Assembly: GCF_963921235.1 (NCBI RefSeq)
Contig: NC_086097.1
Coordinates: forward strand, 121,708,001-121,772,000
DNA from: Mobula hypostoma
Lineage: Eukaryota
Length of the DNA stretch: 64,000 bases
Reading direction: 5' to 3'
The translations under genes and the position numbers were made by a program. This document shows positions 24,215-38,389 of the stretch, piece after piece. The notes under the pieces were generated by a model. That model was given only the letters and a program-made list of their open reading frames with translations, was not told where the DNA came from and did no database searches. Within the stretch, counting starts at the first letter, position 1, and each line of letters starts with the position of its first letter.

Positions 24215-27200
24215 GCATCTTTCTACAGAGGCATAATTGAGAGCATCATGACTGGCTGCATCACTGCCTGGTATAGGAACAATACCTCCCCTAATCGCAG
24301 GACTCTGCAGAGAGTGGTGCAGACAGCCCAGCACATCTGTAGTTGTGAACTTCCCAGTGCATCTGTAGTTGTGAACTTCCCATAATTCAGGACATTTAGA
24401 CCATAAGACTATAAGACAAAGGAGCAGAAGTCGGCCATTTGGCCCATCGAGTCTGCTCCACCATTTTATCATGAGCTGATCCATTCTCCCATTTAATCCC
24501 ACTCCCCTGCCTTCTCACCATAACCTTTGATGCCTTGGCTACTCAGATACCTATCAATCTCTGCCTTAACTGCACCCAATGACTTGGCCTCCACTGCTGC
24601 CGGTGGCAAAAAATTCCATAGATTCACCACCCTCTGGCTAAAAAAATTTCTTTGCATCTCTGTTCTGAATGGGCACCCTTCAATCCTTAAGTCATGTCCT
24701 CTCGTACTAGACTCTCCCATCATGGGAAACAACTTTGCCACATCCACTCTGTCCATGCCTTTCGACATTCAAAATGTTTCTATGAGGTCACCCCTCATTC
24801 TTCTAAACTCCAAGGAATACAGTCCAAGAGCGGTCAAACATTCCTCATACGTTAACCCTCTCATTCCCGGAATCATTCTAGTGAATCTTCTCTGTACCCT
24901 CTCCAACGTCAACACATCCTTTCTTAAATAAGGAGACCAAAACTGCCCACAGTACTCCAAGTGAGGTCTCACCAGTGCCTTATAGAGCCTCAACATCACA
25001 TCCCTGCTCCTATACTCTATTCCTCTAGAAATGAATGCCAACATTGCATTCGCCTTCTTCACCACCGACTCAACCTGGAGGTTAACCTTAAGAGTATCCT
25101 GCACGAGGACTCCCAAGTCCCATTGCATCTCACAACTTTGAATTCTCTCTCCATTTAAATAATAGTCTGCCCGTTTACTTCTTCTGCCAAAGTACATAAC
25201 CGTACACTTCCCAACATTGTATTTCATTTGCCATTTCTGTGCCCATTCTTCCAAGCTATTCAAGTCTCTCTGCAAACTCCCTGTTTCCTCAGCACTACCG
25301 GCCCCTCCACCTATCTTCGTATCATCAGCAAACTTAGCCACAAAGCCATCTATTCCATAATCCAAATCATTGATGTACAATGAAAAAAGAAGCGGCCCCA
25401 ACACGGACCCCTGTGGAACACCGCTGGTAACCGGCAGCCAACCAGAATAGGATCCCTTTATTCCCACTCTCTGTTTCCTGCCAAACAGCCAATGCTGTAT
25501 CCACGTATGTAACTTTCTCGTGATTCCATGGGCTCTTATCTTGTTAAGTAGCCTCATGTGTGGCACCTTGTCAAAGGCCTCTTGAAAATCCAAATATACA
25601 ACATCCACTGCATCTCCCTTGTCTAGCCTACTTGTAATTTCCTCAAAAAATTGTAATAGGTTTATCAGGCAGGATTTTCCTTTAAGGAATCCATGCTGAG
25701 TTCTGCCTATCTTGTCATATGCCTCCAGGTACTCTGTAACCTCATCCTTGACAATCGATTCCAACAACTTCCCAACCACCGATGTCAAGCTGACAGGTCT
25801 ATAGTTTCATTTTTGCTTCCTTGCCCCCTTCTTAAATAGCGGAGTGACATTTGCAATCTTCCAGTCCTCCGGAACCATGCCAGAATCTATCGACTTTTGA
25901 AAGATCATCGCTTACACCTCCGCAATCTCCACAGCTACTTCCTTCAGAATACCAGGGTGCATTCCATCTGGTCCGGGAGATTTATCTACCTTTAGGCTAT
26001 TTCAGCTTCCTGAGTACTTTCTCTGTCGTAATTGTGACTGTGCACACTTCTCTTCCCTGCCACCCTTGAGTGTCTGGTATACTGCTGATGTCTTCCTCAG
26101 TGAAGACTAATGCAAAATACTCGTTCAGTTCCTCTGCCATCTCCTTATCTCCCATTACAATATCACCAGCATCATTTTCTATCAGTCCTATATCTACTCT
26201 CACCTGTCTTTTACTCTTTATATACTTGAAAAAGCTTTTAGTATCCTCTTTGATATTATTTGCTAACTTCCTTTCATAGTTCATCTTTCCTCTCTTAATG
26301 ACCTTCTTAGTTTCCTTTTGTAAGCTTTTAAAACTTCCCAATCCTCTGTCTTCCCACTAATTTTTGCTTCCTTGTATGCCCTCTCTTTTGCTTTAACTTT
26401 GGCTTTGAATTCTCTTGTCAGCCACGGTTGCATCTTTTTTCCATTCGAAAATTTCTTCTTTTTTGGAATATACCTGTCTTGCACCTTCATCACTTCTCAC
26501 ATAAACTCCAGCCATTGCTGCTCTGCCGTCCTTCCAGCCGGTGTCCCTTTCCAGTCAACTTTGGCCAGTTCCTCTCTCATGCCACTAAAATTTCCTTTAC
26601 TCCACTGAAATACCGACACATCAGATTTCGGCTTCTCTTTTTCAAATTTCACAGTGAACTCAATCATGTTATGATCACTGCCTCCGAAGAGTTCCTTCAC
26701 CTCAATCTCTCTAATCACCTCCAGTTCATAACACAATACCCAATCCAGTACAGCCGATCCCCTAGTGGGCTCAACAACAAGCTGTTCTAAAAAGCCATCT
26801 GGCAGACATTCTACAAATTCTCTCTCTGGAGATCCAGTCCCAATCTGATTCTCCCAATCCACTCGCATATTAAAATCCCCCACAATTATCATAAAACTGC
26901 CCTTCTGACAAGCCTTTTCTATTTCCTGTTGTAATTTGTAGTCCACATCACTGCAGTTGTTTGGAGGTCTGTGTATAACTACCATCAGGGCCCTTTTACC
27001 CCTGCTATTTCTTAGCTCATAAAGATTCTGCACCTTCCGATCCTATGTCACCTCTTTCTAATGATTTAATATCATTTCTTACCAATAAAGCCACGCCTCC
27101 CCCTCTGCCTACCTTCCTATCCTTCCGATACACCGTGTATCCTTGGACGTTCAGCTCCCAGAGACATGCATCCTTTAGCCACGTCTCAATGATGGCCACA

Positions 27201-27616
27201 ATATCATACCTGCCAATCTGTGGCTGTACGACAAGATCATCCACCTTATTCCTTACGCTGCGTGAACCACCTGCCTTGAAATTTACAAAGACGGGTGTGT
27301 AAACAGGGCCCGTAGGATCACTGGGGACCCGAGTCACCCCAACCGCAATCTATTCCAGCTGCTAAAATCTGGGAAATGGTACTACAGCATAAAAGCCAGG
27401 ATCAACAGGTTTCAGGACAGCTTCTTCCACCAGGCCATAGACTGATTAACTCACACTGATCTGAGTGTATTCTATGTTACATTGATGTTCTATTTATTAT
27501 AAAGTACTAAGATTGGACATTACACATTAAGACGGAGACTTAACGTAAAGATTTTTTCTCCTCATGTATGTGAAGGATGTAAGAAATAAAGTCAATTCAA
27601 TTCAATTCAATTCAAT
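24215..27616 (+). mobile_element. Rex1/Babar-like 3' fragment (24215-24396 and about 27265-27616) split by a CR1, ending in (TTCAA)n
   Basis: GAGAGCATCATGACTGGCTGCATCACTGCCTGGTA and CAGGACAGCTTCTTCCACCAGGCCAT motifs. Gypsy sequence resumes at about 27617. Confidence 0.75.
24397..27264 (-). mobile_element. Relatively young CR1 LINE, 5'-truncated within the APE domain
   Basis: 339-aa RT ORF 24769-25788 (QHGF, DFQEAFDKVPH, GVPQGSVLGP, FADD). APE ORFs at 26497-27337. Confidence 0.95.
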
Positions 27617-30399
27617 ATCAAGGGTAAAATGTTGTTAAATGAAAATGCCACACCCAAGTTTTGTAAAGCCTATCCAGCTCCTGAGATAATCCATGATAAA
27701 GAAGCCGTGAGCTAGATTATATGGGGGCTGAAGGAACGCTTTCCAAGGTTGAGTAGAGCCTATGGGCAACACCCGTGGTCCCAGTAGCCACAAAGAGTGG
27801 GTCTGTTAGGATCTGTGGTGATTTTAAGGTCACCATCAACCAAGTCCGACAAGTAGATTGATACCCTCTGCCCAGGAGAGAGGATATCTTTGAAGCCTTT
27901 CTGGAGGGAAGCACTTCAGCAAAGTGGACTTAGCTGAGGCCCACCGACAGATGGAGTTGGAAGAAAAGTCCAAAGCTTTTCTCACCATAAATACTCAAAA
28001 GGGCCTTAGCACAATTTTTGGAGTAGCATCCACACCTTCACTCTGGCAGAAATCTATGAGGCTGTAAGGCTGCCCGGGCACTCAGTGTTACCTATGAGGA
28101 TGACAAGGAATATTTCAAAAATCACAAAACAGCATTTAAAAGATTAGGAGATTATGTGCTCAGAGCACAATGCAACAAGTGTGAATTTTTTAAATCAAGC
28201 ATCACTTGCTGTGGTCACGTTATGGACACACAAGGATTACACAAGTGTGCTGAGAAAATTTAAGCAATGTCAGATGCTTTAAGGACAAAGGACGTGTCAT
28301 ATTTGTGGACATTTTTAGGATTTGTTAATTACTAAAACAGGTTGCTGTTAAACCTGTCTACTGTGCTCTACCACATGAACTCATTTCTACAGATCAGAAG
28401 GAAATGGCAATGGGCAAAGCAGTGTGAGGAGTCTTCCCAAAAGACAAAAGAAATGGTGACGTCAGATACTGTACCCAGCTAATATGATCCACGCCATCAA
28501 GTGAAGCTTGCTTGTGATGGCTCGCTTTATGGTATGGGTGCAGTCATGTCACATGGAAGTGAACATAGCCTTAGCATAATTTTCCCTTATGACTGCAGAG
28601 AAAAGTTACACACAAATTAACAGAGGGGCCTTGAGAAATGTTTGGGGTGTAACATTTTTCTACCAGTACCTGCAAAGAGAGTTTGCCCTCATTGCTGATC
28701 ATCAGCCACCAGTGTCGATTTTCAATCCACAGAAGGGTTTTCCATTAACAGCTGCAGCTCGAAAGCAGAGATGGGCTCTGCCTCTTAGAGGACACAATCA
28801 CAAGTTCAAATTCAAGAGGACAACTAATGGAAATGCCGATGGATTGTCCTGTATATCCTTAGAAAAGGAAATAATTGAAAATTTTACAGAAGAGGACCCT
28901 CCTCTTGGCGTATGCAAATCAAAAGTCTCTATTACTGCAGAGGTGACCCAAAAGGTAACCAGAAAAGACCCCACTCTATCTTGGGTCTACATGGCAATCC
29001 AAAATGGCTGGAATGTGCAGTTTCCCCCTTTTTAACAGCGCTGGGATGAACTTTCCCTTGACAGGGGGTTGCCTTTTTGTAGAGATTGAGAGTTGTCCTC
29101 CCGTCCACTCTGAGAGCTAAAATACTTGCTGGTCATCTGGGCATGGTCAAGATAAATGCAATGCTTCAAAGCTTTGTCTGGTAGCTTGGGATAGATCAGT
29201 AGATCAAGCAGCTTGCCATACACTGTTCAGGAAGTCAAGGCATCCAGAAGATGCCAAGAACAGCGCCTTGCCATCGCTGGGAATGGCCTGCATTACCCTG
29301 GCAGAGGATTCATGTGGATTTTTCCTGGCCATTCATGGGCAAATATTTCTTGGTAGTAGGGGATGCAGCTACAAGTGGCCAGAAATGTTCCTGGTAGCCT
29401 CAACTACAGCCTTGCACAGCATTGATTTCTTGAGAAGTCTCTTCTCAAGGACTGGTGTACCACAACACTTAGTCAGTGACAAATGACCACAGTTTGCTGC
29501 AGAACAGTTTCAGTCATTCCTGAAAATGAATGGAATATGACAGCTTACATCTGCACTGTACCACCCAGCTACAAATGGCTTGGCGAAAATGTTTGTCCAG
29601 AGTCCAAAGAACACACTGCGAGCAATGTCAGCAGAGCACACTACACTGACACTGAATCAGAAGCTTGGCAATCTCCTTCTTGGAGATTGCAATGCAGCAC
29701 GCTCCACAGCCAACAACTCACCAGCTACGCCGATCCCGGGTCATCCTCGTGCTCAGGCTTGGATCTGCTCAAACCCAATCTCATAAGGAGTGTGCAGAAC
29801 AAACAGCTGAGACAAATTGAGGACTCCTCAAACAAGGATGCATGATGTTTCACACCTGCACAACCAGATGAGAGACTAAAGAGATGATCAAAATTTGGTA
29901 TTTGAAAGGATTAAGGACAGAATGAGACCACTCTCCTACACAGTGAAAATTCCATCTGATGCCATCTGGAGATGACACATTGATCAGTTGTGGAGAGCAG
30001 AATCAATTGTTCAAGAAGAAAGATGCCTTGAGCTGTCAAAACCACTGCCTGCAGTCCCAGAGGTTAAGGCTGAAAGGTAAAGTGTTTAATGGGGACCTGG
30101 GAGGGAACTTCTTCACTCATAGGGTGATGTGAGTGTGGAACGAGCTGGATTCAAGATTTGATAGGTAAATGGATGGGAGCATTATGGAGGGCTGTGGTCC
30201 AGGTTTTTTTTTTGATTGGACAGCAGGGGGACAGTAGAAGCAATCTCTCGCAGTTCTGGAGAGAAGCTTGAAAAGGCAGCCAGTTTTCAACAGGAGTCTT
30301 TGATTGGACAGCGGTGCAGGTGCAGGAGAAGCATTCCCGCACAGGTCAGGAGCGGAGTTTGAAAACCCAGAAACCGTAAAAGAGAGGTACCGTCTAGCA

Positions 30400-30876
30400 C
30401 AGCGGTCCCCAACCACCGGGCCGCAGACCAGTATTGGGCCGCATAGCACGTGCTACCGGGCCATGAGGAAATGATATGAGTCAGCTGCACTTTTCCTCAT
30501 TCCCTGTCACGCACTGTTGAACTTGAACATAGGGTTGCCAACTGTCCCGTACTTGCCGGGACATCCAGTATATTGGGCTAAATTGGTTTGTTCCGTATTT
30601 CTCCCCCTAAGGTTGAGCGTGCCGAAATGGCGTAAAGAGAAGAAGCAATTACCAATAATTTATATAGGAAAATTTTTTGAGCATTCTTAGACCCAAAAAA
30701 TAACCTAACAAATCATACCAAATAACATATAAAACCGAAAATAAATAACACTAACATATAGTAAGTTTAACCATGAGTTTAACCCTATTTGAACACCCCC
30801 CCACCAGTCGGCCGGTCCGCAAGAATATTGTCAATATTAAACCAGTCCACGGTGCAAAAAATGTTGGGGACCCCTG
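30400..30876. mobile_element. hAT (Charlie-like) MITE
   Basis: TIRs CAGCGGTCCCCAAC and GTTGGGGACCCCTG. Perfect 8-bp TSD GTCTAGCA at 30392-30399 and 30877-30884. Confidence 0.92.
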
Positions 30877-31167
30877 GTCTAGCAGTGCGATCACCGCCAG
30901 AGTGGTCTGAGTCAGAGTGGTAAGGCTTTGGCGAGAACAGGCAGAGGCAAGGTAAGTAGGTAAGTCAATTTCTTATTTACTTCTTCTAAGAATAGGGGTA
31001 TGGCTGCGGCCACACAACAGTGAGGATAGGAACAGAATGAGGTGGCAGATAAATGTGTGGCTGAGAGATTGGAGCAGGGTGTAGGGATTTAGATTTCTGG
31101 ATCATTGGGACCTCTTCTGGGGCAGGTTTGACCTGTTTAAAAGGAACGGGTTGCACTTGAATCCGAG

Positions 31168-32725
31168 GAGGACCAATATCCTTGCGGGCAATGGAACGGA
31201 AGATCAACAGGTATGTGAAGAAATGGCTTGGAGTACCGAGCAGCCTCACCAATGTTGCAATCCACAGTAGCCAGACAAAGCTTACCATCCCAGTGCAATC
31301 CCTTGTTGAGGAGGTCAAGGTAGCCAAGGTAAGATTATTCTTGATGCTTCAAGACTCAAAAGACCCTGTCATCAATAACACCCAGCCAGATGTGAGATCG
31401 GGCAGGAAGTGGTCAGTCCATGTAGCAGTTGATGAGGCAGAGTCTAGATTGAAGAACAAGGAGGTGGTTGGGGCTATCCAACTAGGCCGCCAGGGACTTG
31501 GGTGGACAACCACAAGTGGTGGTCATCTTCTACAGGTAAGGAACGCCGTGAGCTTGTAACATAAGAAATGCGAGAGGTAGAATAGGAGAAGAGGTTAACT
31601 AAAACAGCTGGCCTGGCCAAACAAGGGGCTTGGACCCGGTGGGAAAGCGTTGAACAATGACATCTATCTTGGAATGTTCTGTGGCAGATGGAACCGCTCC
31701 GCATTTCTTTTCTATGCAGAGCAGCGTACGATCTGCTCCCAACACCTGCCAACCTCAGCACCTGGTATGAAGGTAAGACAGACAAGTGTGCTGCTTGTGG
31801 CGAGAAGGGAACACTTCAACATATTTTGAGTGCATGCAGAGTCAATCTTTCCAGCGGCATGTACACTTGGAGACATAATAATGTTCTCAAAGTTGTAACA
31901 GAAGCGGTTGAGCAGAGAGTACTGCAGCACAACTTATCTCATGCCCCATGCTGCACAGAACATCGCATATCATTTGTGAAAGAAGGCTCCAAGTCAAGGG
32001 TGTACAGCACAGGCTCACGATCAAGCATACTTTCTTCAGCCAATGATTGGTGTGTCAAGGCTGACCTGGATGGGAAAGGCAGTTTCCCGGAGCAAATAGC
32101 TTTCACCACATTGCGTCCAGATATAATCGTATGGTCTGGCACCAGTAGAGAAGTGGTTATTGGTGAACTTACAGTCCCCTGGGAAGACAACATCGATGAA
32201 GCCCATGAGCACAAGTTAACCAAGTATGCAGAATTAAGATCAGAGTGCAGAGACAGAGGGTGGAAGGTCTCATGCTATCCATTCGAAGTAGGCTGCCATG
32301 GGTTTATTGCGTTCACTCTCCAGAAGTGGCTGCGTGACCTTGGCTTCACTAGAAGAGAGATGAAGTCAACCAGCAGGGCTGTAGCTGAGGCAGCAGAGAA
32401 AGGATCAGCATGGGTGTGGACCAAGTATGTCCAGAGGGGCAGATAGTCAGACAGTGTATACATATCTTGCAAACCCTTCAGTAGTTGCATAGACACCTGA
32501 AGAGCAGACTATCTGTTGGATGGAAGTGACCAACAACTCTGATAGAGGCAGATGCCAAGTTTTTAAGCTCACCAGTGGAAGGTGGTGCTTTAGCACTGCT
32601 GGCCCACCACCTCGAGGGAGTCTTGATAATAAGCGGCCCGAAACTCCTGAAGACAGGTGGCAGATCAACTGATGATCCCACTGGTGATAGCACAGGACAG
32701 TTAACATCTTAGTCCACGTGTATTT
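31168..32725 (+). mobile_element. HERO (R2-like, restriction-like endonuclease) non-LTR element, 5'-truncated
   Basis: ORF 31688-32446 has CCHC finger CAACGEKGTLQHILSAC, WRHNNVL, RPDI, ELTVPWE, K..KY and PFEVGC.GF. Confidence 0.92.
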
Positions 32726-35700
32726 TTAACTCTGATAGAGCAGTTGGGAGTGGTTTAAACTAGTATGGTGCTGGGATGGGAACCAGTATGATGGAGCTGA
32801 GGATGAGCCAGCAGGTTTACAAGTAGATGATGGGTGTAATATGAATGTAAGGAAAGACAAGTCGATGGTTGGGTACAAATGCTGACAGAGCAAAGAGTAA
32901 AATTGTACCACAGAGGCAAAATACAAAAGGGTGAAGAATGCAGGACTGAAGGTGTTGTATTAAGTGCACATAGTATTCAAAATAAGGTAGATGAACACGT
33001 GGCGCAATTAAAGATTGGTCGGTATGATGTTGTAGGCATCACTGAGTCATGGCTGAAAGAAGGTCACAGTTGGGAACTTAATATCAAAGGGTATACTTTG
33101 CATCGAAAGGACAGGCAGAAAGGCAAAGGCAGTGGTGTGGCGCTGTTGGTAAGAGATGGAATTACATCTTTAGAAAGAGATGACATAGGGTCAGAGAATG
33201 TCAAATCTTTGTGAATGGAGTTGAGAAACTGCAAGGGTAAATGAACCATTTTGGAAATCATATATAGGCCTCCAAATAGTAGTCAAGATGTAGGGCTGAG
33301 ATTGCAAAGGGAACTGGAAAAGGCATGTAATAGGGGTAATGACACAATTGTAATGGGGGACTTCAATATGCAAGAGGATTGGAAAACCAGGTGGGTGTCG
33401 AATCGCAGGAGCAGGCATTTATTGCATGCCTACAAGATGGCTTTTTAGAGCAGCTTGTGCTTGAGCCTATTCAGGAAAAGGCTATCTTAGATTGGGTATT
33501 CTGTAATAATCTGGATTTTATTAGGGAGCTTAAGGTAAAGGAACCTTTTGGAGGAAGCGATCTTAATATGGTTGAATTTGTACTGCAATTTGAGTGGCAG
33601 AAGCATTAGTCAGATGTATCAGTATAAGTTTGCAGATGATACGAAGGTAAATGGAGGGGTAGGTAGTGCTGAGGAAGCAATATGATTGCAACAGGACTTA
33701 GAAAAATTGGAAGAATGGGCAAAAAAGTGTCAGATGAAATACAATGTTGGGAAATGTATGATAATGTATTTTGGTAAAAGGAACAGAAGTGCAGGCTACT
33801 GTATTATCTAAGTGGGGAAAAAATTCAAGCATCAGAGGTACAAACGGACTTAGGAATCCTTGCGCAAGACTCCCAGAGTGTTAATTTACAGATTAATTAT
33901 GTGATAAAGAAGCCAAATACAATGGTGAAATTCATTTCAAGTGGAATAGAATATGAAAACAAAGAGATAATGCTAAAGATTTATAAGACGCTAGTCAGGC
34001 TGCACTTGGGGCATTGTCAACAGTTTTGGACCCATATCTCAAAAAGGATGTGTTGTCATTGGAGGCAATCCATAGGAGGTTCACAAGGATGATTCTGGGA
34101 ATGAAGGGGTTAACATAAGAGGAGCTTTTGGCAGCTTTAGGCCTGTACTTACTAGAATTTAGAAGAATTCGTGGGGATCTCATTGAAACCTACCAAATGT
34201 TGAAGGGACTACATAAGGTGGATGTAGAATGGGTGTTCCCTATGGTGGGGATGTCCAGAACTAGAAGACACAGCCTCGCAACTGAGCGGAACCCTTTAGA
34301 ACAATGTTAAGGGGGAGTTTTTTTTTAGCCAGAAGGTAATGAATCTGTGGAATACTCTGCACAGATTGTGGAAGCCAAGACCGTGGGTATATTTAAAGTG
34401 AAAATTGATACATCAAAAGTTGTGGTGAGAAGCCAGGTGTATGAGGTTGAGTGGGATCTGGAATCATCATGATGGACTGGCGGAGCAGCCTTGAACCGAA
34501 AGGCCAAATTCTGCACCTATGTGTTACGGTCTTAGGAGCAGGTCAATGGGATTTGGCAGCATAATAGTTCAGCATGGACTAGATGGGCCAAAGGGCCTAT
34601 TTCTGACCTGGAGAAGTCTATGACTCCATAAATTTGGATTTTGCCTGAATACATTTCAACACACTTGCCTGAGGATGAAAGATTTTTACTGTTAGATATT
34701 TGTGTCATCCTTAGAAGATGTTTTACCAAAGGCTCAGGGGCATTGTGATGGAATTAGAACACCTTTGTTTTCTTTAATTTACAAATGACATTTTACTTTG
34801 AGTAAACTTTTTCAATCCATTTATTTTTGCTACTTATGAAGTACGCCTTAACATTTACAGGTATAATTTGTTTTTACACTCCCAGGACTACAGTTAATGC
34901 GGTTGATTTCTTCAGCAGATAGAGAATCAACATCTATGAAGTTAGGGTCAATGAATAGCATTGGTGTTATAAATGTTTCTAAACTGTTAATAACAGCTAT
35001 ATGACAGAACTTCTCAGAACTGGCTTAGGCTGGATTCATAGTAACATGTATTGATTTGCTAATGCTGTAAAATTCTGATTAAGACATAGGTCTAACAGTT
35101 ACATTTTGAATGGATAATGATTTATTTAACACTGTAACTTAAGCACATGGAAAAATTAATGTAGATTATCAGTGATTTGAGACTAGAAGATTGAATGTAC
35201 TCATACTTCAAATATGAAACTGAGTGATCTGTTCACCGTTGCAAATGAAAGAAGTTGGTTGAGGAGCTGATGAGAATTACAAATAGAAGGAATGAATGTT
35301 GAATTTTCTGGAGACGACCTGTGTCTACCTTGATGCAACACTCCAGCATTGCCATCACTCAATATTTTTCAAACTCTTTCAATGTTTATTGGCACCTAGA
35401 AGCATTCAAAGTCTATTAAAATCATAAAAAGAAATTCATTAAAAAATATTGAAACTTAATGGCAGGACCTTATCACAAACTTCTGTCAGTGAATCGATCG
35501 GCAACTCAGAACCTCTGTATTTAAATATGTATGTACTGAATTACCAAACATCGGCATTTACACAGGTACAGTACATGCCAAAAATACATTGCATAGCTGC
35601 CAATGTAATCTGGGCAAAAGACGAAGGGCCACCTGTTCTCCTAAGCCCCTTTGCAGAGAGAAGCTGTGGTGTCCTAGCCAGCCTGTGTTTAGCCCTATAC

Positions 35701-35889
35701 CAACATAACTGAAAATACACTATCTGTTCATGTAATGAAAATATTTTCATATTCATTCTGTGTTCTTTCCTGTTTCTGTAAGCGGCATCGCAAAATGTAT
35801 TTGCAAACAAGTGAGTCACTGTACGTGTTTTAAACCACAAGAAATCACTTTATTATTGTTGTATGAAACATGCAATACAGAAAGAAAAG

Positions 35890-36072
35890 CTCGCTCCCTC
35901 TCCTCTCCACTCCACTCTCCCCGTCTCCCCCTCTCCCACTCTCCCCTCTCCCTTTCCCTCTCCCTTTTCCCCTCTCCCCTCTCTCTTCTCACTCTGTCTC
36001 TCCTCTCTCTCTTACCCTCATCTTCGCCTCCATCTCCAACTCTCTCCCTTTCCATCTCCTTCTCTTTCTCCA
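35890..36072. repeat. Polypyrimidine (CT-rich) low-complexity tract
   Basis: Directly visible. Confidence 0.9.
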
Positions 36073-36541
36073 ACCCTTAACACTAGATGCAACTCTAGAT
36101 AGTCCAAAAGAGTCTCAGAGAAGATTCCCCTGTGAACAAAGAAGTTGCCCATTTTTATACCATTCAAAACCCCTTACACTAATACTTCCCTATGATGAGG
36201 CCCATTAGGTACCTGCATCACACAATGATCTCACCTTCCCCAGACAAGCATGTATTAATCACTATCTACTCTCAAGGCTGTAGACTTACTTCCTCAAAAC
36301 ATTTCAACTGCTAGGCTAACACCATTTTGTTTTACGTTTCCATTTTACGTTAACATATACCAAGGAGGAATCAAATGTAGCATTTTTTGTTCCTGGAAGC
36401 TTTCTGTATGTAGTTTGACCTTCTGAGCTTCCTAAGTCTCAGCAGTACCGCAAAAGTACTTCACTGGCTGTCAAGCACTTTGGAACATCAGAGGATTATG
36501 GAAGTTGCCGCAATATACCTGTCCAATGCTGTACAGTTCTA

Positions 36542-37087
36542 CACTCCAAGGTGACTTTATTAGGTATCTCCTGGACCTCATAAAGCGGTCATTGAGTGTT
36601 CATGGTCTTCTGCTGTTGTAACCAATCCACTTCAAGGTTCAACGCGTTGTGCGTTCAAAGATGCTGTTCTGCACGCCACCGTTGTAACATTGGTTATTTG
36701 ATTTGCTGTCAGCTTGAACGAGTCTGGCCATTCTACTCTGACTTCTCTCATTAACAAGGTATTTTCACCCACATAAATGCTGTTCACTGGATGTGTTTTG
36801 TTTTTCGTACCATTCTCTGTAAACTCCAGAGTTTCACATGAAAATCCAAGGAGATCAACAATTTCTGAGATACTCAAACCATCCCTTCTGGCACCATCAT
36901 TCCACGGTCAAAGTCTCTTAGATCACATTTCTTTCCCAATCTGATGTTTGGTTCGAACAACAACAGAACCTCTTGACTATATTGACATGTTTTTGATGCA
37001 TTGAGTTGCTGCTACACAATTGGCTGATTAGAAATTTGCATTAATGAGCATGTGAACAGGTGTACCTAATAAAATGGACACTGAGTG
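36542..37087 (-). mobile_element. Non-autonomous Tc1-like element
   Basis: TA-flanked TIRs and SISEIVDLLGFS peptide. Confidence 0.88.
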
Positions 37088-38029
37088 TATGTTCATTATA
37101 AATGCAAGCCTTTCTTTCTTTCACATATTTGTTTCAGGACTGATAAATTGTAGACGAAGAAGTAACATTGATTAAAAGACGAAGCGTCATTTGATTGCCT
37201 CAAATTGTTTCCAAGATCTATTTGTTTAACTACTCAGAGGGCAAAATTGTTGAGGCTAAGGAAAGCAAAATATAATCATCTATTATTCTAAATAAGAAAT
37301 TGCCAACTGTCGATCTGTTTGGTAGCTCTCAGAAAAGTAGAATCCCTACACAAATAAATTCAAGGCTAGTATTGAAATAGTACTTGGCTCTATTAAATCA
37401 GAAATAGCATTTCTCTTTACAGTAATGAATTGTGATCATTGTTCGGATGAATACTTGCAGATGGTGTTACGATCAATAATGCATTTATATAACTATCAGT
37501 ATAGACAAAAATCACATCCATGGGCAAGAAGAAAATAACACTGGTTTTATAGATTTCTATTTGGACTTTAAACCAAATCTATCATTGGTCTTAGCAGATG
37601 GAGGGCTGTGAAAGGGCAATTGCTTTTAAGCCCAATGTTGAATCCTATCTTGAACTCGCAATATTATTTGTCTTTTCAGTATCTGCATTCTTTGACAGAA
37701 TTAAAGCCCTGAAATGTTGGGAACTCTCAGCAGACCAGTCAAGCTCCTTGGCGAGGGAAACATTTGGAGAACTATGTGTGTGGTTGGTTGGGAGAGAAGA
37801 ATGGGGCTTGTTTTGCTGTTGTTATTTTGTTGCTAGTTGTGTTCTGTATTGTTCTGCCGAGCATTGTGGGTATATTCTGTTGGTGCTAGAATGTGTGGCG
37901 ATGCTTTCAAGCTGCTCCCAGCACTTGGTTAGCTGATTGTTAACTCAAATGATGCATTTCACTGCGCATGTTTCAATGTACAGTACACGAGATAAATAAA
38001 TTAATCTGAACTGCCCTAGGTCAGAGCTG

Positions 38030-38237
38030 CTTTCCCTCCATAGGATAAACATTACATTCAATACTGGATAACTCAAATAACCGAGTGATACAACAGTGGG
38101 GTGTAGAAGAGCATCTCTGAATGCACAACACATCGAACTTTGAAGTGGATGGGTTACAGCAGCAGAAGACCAGAAACATACACTTAGTGGCCACTTCATT
38201 CGGTGCAGGAAGTTTGTTATAAAGTGGCCACTGAATG
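38030..38237 (+). mobile_element. Right-end fragment of the same Tc1-like family
   Basis: GAAGAGCATCTCTGAATGCACAAC followed by the terminal palindrome at 38181-38237. Confidence 0.8.
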
Positions 38238-38389
38238 TACATTTGTTCTGTTTTTCTCTTATAAATATAAATAAGAAAACTCGTGATTGAAAGATTGGAT
38301 GCTTTAGTTGTAATGTGGGAAACTTGCACATTCAAGAAACATTTTAGAAATATATCTCAGACAAAGACTTTAGATTATTGCTATTAGAT

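Larger units (their letters stand above)
22130..30062 (+). mobile_element. Degenerate Gypsy/Ty3 LTR retrotransposon (5' LTR, gag, PR, RT, RNase H, IN) split by nested LINEs
   Basis: LTR ends ...CATAACA at 22375, PBS-like TGGCAACAAGG at 22377, gag from 22565. CCHC knuckle near 23540-23635, MEVDT protease, RT (RICGDFKVTINQ, YPLP) near 27.8 kb, RNase H (ADHQP, NADGLS) and integrase (RIHVDF, VSD, YHPATNGL). No 3' LTR seen. Confidence 0.88.
30210..34600 (+). mobile_element. Internally deleted, degraded CR1 LINE (5' UTR, ORF1 end, APE, RT end) split by a hAT MITE and a HERO
   Basis: CR1 peptides YDVVGITESWL, YRPPNS, MGDFN, KFADD and RGDLIETY. ORF1 C-terminal remnant at 31.0-31.16 kb. Confidence 0.8.

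Noticed and set aside
24331..24382. Short direct repeats as a CRISPR-like or functional array (also 11692-11752, 18259-18284, 38729-38760)
   Set aside because: Simple local tandem duplications inside TEs, with no spacers or cas genes, in a eukaryotic context.
34870..35025. Possible host exon after a pyrimidine-CAG acceptor (also at about 37137)
   Set aside because: Frames close quickly, no convincing donor, and no recognisable peptide.
35760..36208. Ser/Pro/Leu-rich and Glu/Arg-rich ORFs
   Set aside because: Artefacts of the CT-rich tract.
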